Shown here: positions 1-9,591 of the stretch, piece after piece
Numbering within the stretch: the stretch's first letter is position 1
Layout of the letters: each line of letters starts with the position of its first letter
Assembly: GCA_001600815.1 (NCBI GenBank)
Contig: BCKZ01000023.1
Span: 1-64,000 of the forward strand
Length of the DNA: 64,000 nt
Source of the DNA: Alloascoidea hylecoeti
Taxonomy: Eukaryota
Reading direction: 5' to 3'
The notes under the pieces: generated by a model
Databases searched by the model: none
Seen by the model: the letters and a program-made list of their open reading frames with translations, nothing else
Told to the model about the DNA's origin: nothing
Program-made: the position numbers and the translations under genes

Positions 1-31
1 GCATGAAATAAGTTAATTAACAATGAAATAA

Positions 32-619
32 CAACAATTATCACATTATTTTGATACTGAAGAAGAAGATGAATCATTATTGTTAATGCCATCAAATACA
101 GAAATTATACCTAAGACATACAATGAATCTGACCACAAACAAGAATGGCTTGAAGCAATGGACAAGGAATCACAAAGCTTAAGAGATAATAAAGTATTTG
201 AAGAAACCTATGAACATGTTCCAAAATCTTCTATTGTTAGTTCCAGATGGGTTTATGCACTGAAGAACCTTGATTCAAAACCTTTGTACAAAGCAAGACT
301 AGTTGCAAAGGGCTTCTCACAAGAAAAAGGCATAAATTTCTCCTCTACATATTCTCCGGTTTCATCTCATGATAGTTTAAGAACACTGTTGTCTTTACAC
401 ACACAAAAACCAAATGAAATAATGGTTCAATTTGATGTAAAAACAGCCTTTCTTTCTTCAAACCTAAGTGAATGTATATACATGCACCCTCCATCCGGTA
501 TTAAATCAAAACCCAATTGTATTTGGAGACTTCATCGCTCTTTATATGGATTGAAACAATCACCCATGAACTTCTATCATAAAATCTCTGACGTTTTACA
601 ATCTATTGGTATGAAAAAT
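32..619 (+). mobile_element. Ty1/copia reverse transcriptase fragment (copy A), truncated
   Basis: ORF 80-625 has copia RT motifs W.EAM..E..SL, SSRWVY, YKARLVAKGFSQ..G, QFDVKTAFL and L.RSLYGLKQS. It breaks off at about 619, before YVDD. Confidence 0.93.
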
Positions 620-716
620 TCTTGATTTTATCATTGAAAAATAGACAAGGTTCAATTATAGTATTCTTTAAGCCAAATCTATCTAGCACTTCTTTCATGT
701 TGTTATAAAAGTTTAA
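620..716 (-). mobile_element. Inverted ~97-bp RT fragment, near-identical to 1111-1208
   Basis: tcttgattttatcattga...gtttaa is the reverse complement of 1111-1208 with only about 3 mismatches. Confidence 0.9.
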
Positions 717-892
717 TATAACGATTTTTACTGCTTTCTTATTAAGAAAAGTGATTAAGATAAAGGATGGAGAACTAAATCCAATGGTGGATTTAGTCTC
801 CTTTTATATTAATATTTATGTATATAAGTTATATAATTGTAAGTATAAATATTAAATAATAAATCGAAGTATGTAAGAAGTATTTTTCAACA
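717..892 (-). mobile_element. Solo/recombined LTR (~176 bp, TGTTG...TATA)
   Basis: The minus strand starts TGTTGAAAAATACTTCTTACATAC and aligns with the LTR at 4581 (TGTGAAATATACTTCTCACATAC). Both share the CTAAATCC-loop-GGATTTAG hairpin. The flanks (tttaa / taata) are not a TSD. Confidence 0.8.
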
Positions 893-2276
893 TAATATGT
901 TCCTGTTTCATCCTATGATTCACTCCGTACATTATTAGCTCTTCATGTTCAACAAAATTCAGAAACCATCGTACAGTTTGATATAAAAACCGCTTTCCTA
1001 TCTGCAAATTTATCTGAAGTCATTATGGTACAACCTCCTCCTGGACTTGCTATTCCACAAAACCACGTTTGGCGTCTTAAGAAATCTTTATATGGACTTA
1101 AACAAGCACCATTAAACTTCTATAACAAAATGAAAGAAGTGCTAGATAGATTTGGCTTAAAGAATACTATAATTGAACCTTGTCTATTATTCAATGATAA
1201 AATCAAGATTATATTATATGTTGATGACGGATTGATTTTCGGAAAAATGCAAGATATTAAAGAAATACTAGCAAAACTACAAATATTTCTTTACAGTCAA
1301 GGTTATGGAGTTTCCTCAAGTTTTTCTTGGTATTACTATATCCAAATTGGGGGATGGTAGTTTACATTTAGATCTAAGTAACTATTTGTCAAAAATTCAA
1401 AAGGAAAATAATATTACTCCCTCCTTCAAATCAAAAGTTCCAATGTCGTCCACATATGATATTTGCAATGATAATACTGAAAAATTAGATGAAGCCCAAA
1501 TAAAAGAATTTCAAAAGATTATAGGTATACTTACATATTGCACGTCAACAATTAGGGTAGATCTATGTTATCCAATTAATTTATTGGCCAGAAAGTTGAA
1601 AGCTCCAACCCAAAGCAACTTACAACAAGCAAAGAAAGTGTTAAGTTATGAAATATCTACTAAGTTCAAGGGAATTAATTATCAAAAGAACAAGAAATTA
1701 GACAATAAGGTTACTGAAACTGCATTTATAAAGGAACATGAAACAAGTAAAATTGAGTTTAATAACAAATTAACTATTACTACTATTACAGACGCAACTT
1801 GGGCAGATGGCAAAGATCGTACAAGCAATCATGGATACATAACTTTTCTAGAAAATAACATGATAAGCTTGAAAAGTCTGTTGAAACTATATTTAGAATT
1901 ATATAAATAAGATAATTATATAATTCTAAATATAGTTTCAACATTCTCGCTATTTTAGAATTTTATACAAAATATAGTAAAAAATAAATAATAAAATAAG
2001 TATAAAATAAGTTTAAAAATAGTTAATATAAAATAAGTTTCTCAAATAAGTTTTTCATAATAATAAAATAATAGGTTAATATGAAATTGATAAAATAAAA
2101 CAATAAAATGAGTAATAATANNNNNNNNNNNNNNNNNNNNNNNNNNNNNNNNNNNNNNNNNNNNNNNNNNNNNNNNNNNNNNNNNNNNNNNNNNNNNNNN
2201 NNNNNNNNNNNNNNNNNNNNNNNNNNNNNNNNNNNNNNNNNNNNNNNNNNNNNNNNNNNNNNNNNNNNNNNNNNNN

Positions 2277-3611
2277 CAAAACAGTTTCTTCTTTAAAATC
2301 ATTTGGAGTAAGTTCCCAAAAGCGGTCCTTTTTCTCAGCTTGCAAGATAATATTATTATTTTTAGAAATAGTGGCATGTTCTTTTGTTAAATTAATTTGA
2401 TAACCTTGTTTGGTGAGTAAATCGCCTGAAATAATATTACGATCGGCTTTAGGATAAACCTTGACATGATGTAATACTAAATTGTTGATTTTTAAATCGC
2501 CTTCTAAAACCTTGGTTGGTGTATTATCAATTCCTTTGACAGTAGTGGATGATGGTTTTACATTTGTTAACAATGATTGATCGGTAACCAGATGACAACT
2601 AGATCCGCTATCAAGAATAAAAGGAGTTTCAGAAATATAAAATATTTCATCGGGGTTTTCCANTTTTCCATCATTAATTTCCGTGTAATATACCATAGTA
2701 TCCAAGGGTAATTCAATATATTGTACGTGGTCAAAATTCTTTTTATCCTTTTTAGGATCGTACTTANGACAGTTAGGACCAGTATGACCGAATTTCCGAC
2801 AAATGTAACATTTAATTCTGTTTTTGATTTCAGAATTAGCGTTTGAATGANTAACCAATTTTTGAGATACNTTGTTTCCATCAATATTATTTGATTTGTT
2901 CGCCTTAACATANTTAATTTCTTCAGAATCGTATGATTTAATTGAATTAAATTTTTTAACCTGAGTAATTAATTTTCTGTGTGATACGTTTTNAAAATCA
3001 AAATAATTGGATAAATTGTTTCTCATGACAATATTATCAATTTTTTCTGCAGTAGTATTGAACAATGTATAGTAAGGGATAAATTCTTTAATATTGACGA
3101 AGTAATAAGACATAATAGTGACATGATTATTAAAATCCTTGTANTCAGAACCATGTTCTAAAACATTCTTAGTGAATTTTTTAAGTAACATTAANCGGTC
3201 TAGAACATCAAAATTTTTAATACTGAACGATGTGTAAATTTCATGATAGAGTTGTATTCCATTATATGCNGGATCAAAATTTTCTAGTACTGTTTTGCTG
3301 AATCTAGATTTAATCATTGTGTCTAGAAGTCTGCAAAAATTAACCGGGAATTTGTTTCCATGATACATAGTTTCAATAAATTCAATATTAAATGATGAGT
3401 CAACGAACATATTTTGAAAAATGTTCATAATCCATGCATTAANGACAGGGAAGTAATAGCCATGATCAAATGTTTCAAATTTTTCGTTTTTGATTGATTC
3501 AAATTGAGTTTTGAAGCAATCGAAGTTCATATCACCACCAGTAACGGTAAGATCGTTGAANGTGAGTGATCTTATTTGTCTATCTGATGTAGGGGATACG
3601 TCAGAAGACAT
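2277..3611 (-). CDS. Gag-protease polyprotein (partial, runs into the assembly gap)
   Basis: CCHC zinc knuckle CYICRKFGHTGPNC (2769-2810) is followed in frame by a copia protease (FILDSGSSCHLV...L.HVKVYP...RNIIS...L...GY). Confidence 0.9.
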
Positions 3612-3673
3612 GGTTGAATTGATAAGTTAAAGTAAAAAGTAAGTTTTTGTGTAGCAATTAATAGTAAGAGTCT

Positions 3674-3687
3674 AAAGATTGGAAATC
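3674..3687 (-). promoter_or_regulatory. Primer-binding site, complementary to the tRNA-Ser(IGA) anticodon arm
   Basis: GATTTCCAATCTTT directly follows the LTR end. It is complementary to AAAGAUU-I-GAAAUC (nt 27-40 of yeast tRNA-Ser AGA as I recall it). Confidence 0.7.
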
Positions 3688-4580
3688 TATAAAACTTTTA
3701 ACTTTTAATAGTTAAGAATATGAATAAAATAAAGGATAGAGAAAGAAATCCTGAGGAGGATTTCTTCTCTTTTTATATTTCTTTTTATTCATATTCTTAA
3801 CTATTAAAAGTTAAAAGTTTTATAAAGTCAAAAGGTATCTTCAATAACTCTTAGTACTTCTGAAAGTGAACTTATTGCTATTTGTTATGGAACTCGACAT
3901 GCTCTATTTGTTCGCAATCTACTAAGAGAATTTAATATGTCGACTAACCCAATAAATATTATTAATGATAATCAATCTGCTTTAATGATGGGTACCAATA
4001 GGACAGGTAGAAATAAACACATAAAAGTTAAGTTCTTTTTTACACGACAACTAGTTGAAGCGAATGAAATAAAGCTTCACTACATTCAAACAAAAGAGAA
4101 TATATCTGACCCTTTAACAAAAAATTTATATCGTTCTCAATATAACTTACTTATGAACAAAATCATGAATTAAAAGTATTACTTATTCTTATAAAATGTT
4201 ATCTTAATTGTTTTTTCTCATCTTATTCATTCTTTGTTTTATTTTTATTTCATACTTATTTTTATCTTATAAATCTTTGTTATTTATTTAAAAATCTCTT
4301 AAAACTTATCATTTTATACAATATACTTTATTCTTCAAGATGTTAATTCAATTTATCTTATTATTTTTGTTATATTTATCCAAATATACTTATTTTTCTT
4401 ATACCTTTTTATCTTGATATGCTTATCTCAAATATCTCAAAATTTGTGTTATTTACATTTCAAAACACTTATTTTATATTTATTAACTTTTATTATATCT
4501 AAGAAAATGTTTGTTTCTATTTAAAACTTATTTCTATACTTTTTATTTTTAAATTCTTATATGTATCAAAGTTCTGAGAA

Positions 4581-4707
4581 TGTGAAATATACTTCTCACA
4601 TACTGCGATTTATTATTTAATTATGAATAACTTATATCCTTATATACTTAAAATTAATATAAATAGAGGCTAAATCCCTCTAAGGATTTAGTTCTCTATC
4701 CTATATG
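4581..4707 (+). mobile_element. 3' LTR of the outer element, 3'-truncated
   Basis: Homologous to the 717-892 LTR. It is preceded by GAGAA, as is the nested element's 3' LTR. Confidence 0.75.
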
Positions 4708-5500
4708 CTAGAAATAGGAAGGTACGCTGCCCAGGATATCGATGCTAAAATTGAAACGGGTGTAAAGTCCATTTTTGTGTGTGTACAGCCCGATCAAGTC
4801 TCGAAGCTTAAAAAAAGTTTTATAACCTGCCACTAAAGATACCCTGATCCACAAGGTCTCGGTATTTTGAATGAGGCATCGGCATTCGGTATTTCCTTTA
4901 TAACATATGGGAGGGCTCATAATTGGAATTCCTGCCCTGTAATAAACTTTTATGAAGAGATTCCAAATGTGATCAATTGGGGTCTCCTCCGCTCAAAAAA
5001 CCAACCATTCCAACATATCTATCTTCTCCTAACGAACCCAATTCATCGTAGTTCCAGATGTATAGATAGACCTGTTATCCAACTTTAATAAGGCACTCTC
5101 ATAAATCTAATTAAAGACCACTCGCAAATCTTCTATGTAGAAACATGTGATGGATCCTTTTTTCTGCAATTAGGATGCCCAACTATTCTATACGGAGAAT
5201 TATGGTTTCCTTTCCAAATTTCAGTCAATACTATAAGGCACATGGACTCATTCAAAGGCATGGTGGTTGTCAAGAATATCATTTTCCAGACCCGGATCCT
5301 GTGCCACAAAATTCGTCACTAAATAAAACACCATCACAAAAGTCATTATACCATTTCAGTCTACTTTTAGGCAATACCATTCTTTTCATTTGGTTTTTTT
5401 TATTCAGATAAAAGCAATTATATGATGGAAATATTACGTATTCTTGTATTTACAGAAGTGAAATATTAAGCATTTTGATTACTTGGAAACTGAGGAACTA
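4708..5500 (+). mobile_element. Degenerate non-LTR (L1/Zorro-like) ORF2 C-terminal remnant
   Basis: Broken frames read KIETGVKSIF...P...QGLGILN (post-RT P...GGLG-like motif), ET..MDPFFC (CCHC-like) and IWFFLFR. Confidence 0.4.
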
Positions 5501-6134
5501 TATTTAGACAAATTATATACCTCAATCGTGGTTGTCATTGTCTTCTAGATTTAGAATTGCCTCGAATCTCGCTTAATGGAATTCTAGAAGTCATTATACA
5601 GTATGTTTAAAAAGATGGGAATTTTTGGAGGTGTCTAAAAAAAACGCACCTAGACTTGATGAATTGATATGGATGTATGCCATTGCAATTGTAAGGAACT
5701 CAAAACAAAATCAATTATATTATACGGTGAATCGAGAAGAAGACGATACCGATATTATCTGAAATATTATCGTGAAATAGGTGCTCCACTTGTTTTTTTA
5801 TGATCCTTTAATCTCATTTATTGTTAATTATAACACATTTTTATTTTCAGATCTCGTCTCGCCTTCAATGTCGGCTAAGGGCTTAATTACTGTATTACTC
5901 TTTAATTTTACACGGCGTATTCAACTTTAATTGAATATTGAAAAAATAATAAAATATTTAAATATTAAATATTGGTTTGCGTGATACAAAAATAACAAGC
6001 TATATAAAACTCAGAACTCAAAAAAGAAATAACAATGAAAACCCTCACACTAGTTGTATATGTTCATATCCATAAATTTAGATAGATAATTTTTATTTGC
6101 ATAGATGTAATCAAAAACCAACTTTAAATTTTGT

Positions 6135-6834
6135 TTATTCATCCCCTACAATTGGAGTTCGAATCTTTCGTGGTCTTCCTCTGCCTCTTTTAACACCATC
6201 AGCAGATGGATCACCATTGACAGTAGAGCTAACTTTAGTAGGAGGATGAGATTTGCGTGGTCTTCCTCTGCCACGCTTGATTATTGGTTCGCCGTTTTCA
6301 TCATTTTTGAGTTCCTCATTTTCCCCAAGTTTCTTTGTTCCATTGGAATTCACAGACTTCAGAGCACCCGAGTTATCGCTGGACAAGAACGGTTTACCAA
6401 CTTTTCTAGGACGACCTCTTCCTCGTGTGGAAGGTACTTTTTCAACCTTAGGATACTTGCGAGGTCTTCCTCGTCCCTTTCTAGCTGGTGCTTCTGGTGA
6501 TGATGTATCAGCGGTTAAATTTTCAGTCAAAATGGTGGTGTCAACCAATCTACAATTAGTAACAATTTCGGTTAGTTAAAGAGCAAATAGGTGACAATGA
6601 GAGATTAAAGGCCTAGATCTTGTATTATTGATCTGTAAACATACGAATTATCCGTCGGCTTTGGTTTTGATATTTCGTCTTCTTGTATAGACTTAGGAGA
6701 GTGCAGCAACATCAGAACTAGCAATATATATCATTTAGTTAATAAATTAATAAAACACATTTGATTAAGTGACTGTGACTGACTGATTCCTTACCTGGAT
6801 CTTCATTTAAATTTGTATCTTTGATGTCAGTCAT
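6135..6834 (-). CDS. HMGA-like multi-AT-hook protein; exons 6834-6795, 6717-6645, 6549-6135
   Basis: Four [K/R]GRGRPRK AT-hooks. Introns GTAAGG..TATTAAC..TAG and GTATGT..ACTAAC/TACTAAT..TAG splice in frame to an ATG at 6834. Confidence 0.8.
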
Positions 6835-8299
6835 TATTCCGAGTTGGGATGAGATGGTGAATATTCAAGATCGAGTGGTGAAGGGAGCGTACTTGAAGAA
6901 ACAATAATAACTTCTAGAGAAAGTCCTGTTTGTAAAATAATTAATATAATACAAGTAGCAATATTTGATTTATCACGAAACTTTGATGGATTCGTGTGGA
7001 AAAGAAGAGGAGTCTTTTTTAAAACACGTGATTCACACTTTGGAAAAAGATTCGTACCTTTGTAATATTACAAAACATTTCGTTTGAAAAGTTCATTTCG
7101 CCTTTCACAGTTATCAGCCTATACGGGGTTTTAACATAAAACAAACGTGGGATAAAAATGAAGCTAGATCAAAATTAATAGTAATCATTACTCTGAAGCG
7201 AGTGTATTTGTCTTCACATAAGAATACAATACTAGTATGAGCTATAAACCAACTGCTGCCCAAACCTTAAGCCTTCAATATTCAGGATAGACTGAAACAT
7301 TCCGTTCCCCACAAAACCATTTGTCTTCAACCAGTACCGCATGAATATAACCGCATCTGACACTGTAACTGATATCCATCATAACTACGGCCCCAACTCC
7401 TGTAAAGCGGTATTATCATATCTGGAACTTCCTCGCAGTATCAGCTTATCTGGTCCAAAACATTACACGACCTCTTCATAGACATTCGCAATTTTAAAAC
7501 TACTGAATGTTTATCTTAATACTATCATGATTTTTGATTTACAAGCATTGACGTTATTATCTTCGGTTCGTTCATTGAATTCCAAACAGATGAAATTAAA
7601 TTCAAATTTTTCTTTTATCACCACCTCTTTTCCATCAGATATTCATCGTACTAAGACACCACTGGGTACGATTCAGTAAGATCAATATATTGTGAAACTC
7701 CTATCTACAGAATCCAGGGCCACATTTTAACAATGATATTGATTGTTCTAGGCCCATCACTAAGTAAACGCCATAGATCAACATTATTCCAAAGGTATTA
7801 CAGAGACTGACTCCATTCAGTCTTGACTCTATATAATTCATGATTATCCTAAAGATATTTTTAAACGGACTCAGACATTCAAATTAACCAAATATTGATA
7901 GAATTTGTCGAAGACCCACCTTTTTCTAGATTTTATATTCCCACACCGACAATTCAATTAAAATCACGCCTCAGCGATAATTTTTAATCCAGGAACTACT
8001 CTCCTTGCCGATAATGAAATATCAAATATTCTGTTTATGTAACAAAAACAATCGTTCACAAAGTATCTCCTCCATCTGAACTTCCAATAGATTGGTCTTT
8101 TCAATACTACCAGAGTTGGTTATGCATGAATCTACACAATCGTCTAGTATTTATGATATCATCATTCTGCCATTCTTGGTTGGCAATTTTCATCAGAAGC
8201 ACTTGGTTGAGATTCACAATTGCAATTATCACTTCACCAACAGCTATTAGATTCATATCAAAACTAACCTATGTATTCATATCTCCTTAATAAATATTA

Positions 8300-9147
8300 G
8301 GAATTCTACGCAACTCAACATAATTAAAGTTCAGAAGAATTTGATATAACTTATACAACTTCATGAGCACTGGTGATTCCAGCTTCGAACACAGATATTA
8401 TTAAAGTATATATTGCCTTCAGATCAGGGCACTAAGGCATGGCATAAATGGAATCATAAATCGAGGTTCACATGCATTCCAGGGTTGAAAACAGATTATT
8501 AGAACATAGTGATTGTCTAAAAGCTTCAGTTGAAAAATCATTGTATATTTGAATAGTAAATATTTTTTCGATATAGTAATTGAGTGCTTAATTACAGAGT
8601 CAAAGCAATATCTCGTCCAAAGATCACGTCTATGAAACTGGCTTCATTACAAAATCATTGGTACAGTAGAGAATACCAGACCAACTGACAGAAAGCTAAA
8701 GTTATCTTCGATAGATAGCAGTCTAATATGAAATGTTACTGAGAGGTTTCAGGTAAAGATTAATTCAAAGATTAAAGTAGTATCAAAACAGATAGAAATA
8801 CCGTTTGTTCGAGCCTTTGAAGGTAGTATCTTTTAGCAGGACAATTCTCCAACAATCAAATCCAAAAGAGCAGGTTTGGAACAGCTGATTTGTTAGCATG
8901 CGAACTCTCCAGACCTAATATCACGTTGAAAAATGTGTGGCACAATCTCAAAATTGATCCAGGAAACAAGCACCCAGAGTCATCTACAATTAAATGTGGT
9001 GTCAAAAGAATCAAGAATTGTCTTTCAGAAGTATTGCCAGAGTTATGGGAGTAGCTAGATCAATCACTTTTTGACCGACTCATCGCATCGGTTCTAAAGC
9101 GGCTAGAATTAGCTGTCGCAGCAAAAGGAGGACATATTGACTACTAG
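8300..9147 (+). pseudogene. Tc1/mariner transposase relic
   Basis: Motifs F*QDNSP (~8830), NSPDL/HVENVWHNLK (~8905-8950) and C-terminal FDRLIASVLKRLELAVAAKGGHIDY*, with internal stops and frameshifts. The 5' boundary is approximate. Confidence 0.85.
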
Positions 9148-9591
9148 AATTGTCTCTAGTGATACTTAAACAGATTAGGGAACGTGATTTCCATTATATT
9201 TGGTGATATTTCCTTGAGAATTGGTCCTTTTAATTAATTCTTTTACGTTTATACATGTTTTTCAGACTATAACAACGTTGTTTCGTAACATCTACAGACA
9301 ATACTCCGACACAACTAAAAATAATATATTAATTAGCTATAATCAATTATATATGTATGCAATATTTCTCTAAGTCAATAAATAAAACAACTATTTGATA
9401 TGTACAATCTTTCGCTTTTGTGGGTACCCTTAGAAAATGGTATGATATTGGCGTCCGTATGCCATACGATAGCGACCAGAAATATATCCTTCGTAAAATA
9501 TAACTTTGAATCGAAAGACCCCTTTATAAAACTTCTTCAATTTTTGTTTTTTTCTTTTGAATTGTGATTCTGTAGCCTATACGCTTGATAA

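Larger units (their letters stand above)
1879..3824 (-). mobile_element. Nested Ty1/copia element inserted in the RNase H of the outer copy; 5-bp TSD AAGTC
   Basis: AAGTC occurs at 1874-1878 and 3825-3829. Removing the insert and one TSD copy restores the reading frame ISLKSQKVSS. An N gap at 2121-2276 replaces most of pol. Confidence 0.88.
893..4707 (+). mobile_element. Outer Ty1/copia element (5'-truncated): RT-RNase H, long 3' UTR, partial 3' LTR; interrupted by a nested element
   Basis: RT runs 896-~1290 with YVDD at ~1217, then frameshifts into ORF 1305 (thumb/tether and RNase H start ITDATWA). RNase H resumes at 3830 (QKVSSITLSTSESELIA...DNQSA...KHI...NISDPLTK), stop at 4173. The 3' LTR starts TGTGAAAT at 4581. 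Confidence 0.9.

Noticed and set aside
2042..2377. ORFs spanning the N gap (2042-2377, 2108-2296) and the tail of 2076-3611
   Set aside because: Artefacts of translating through Ns.
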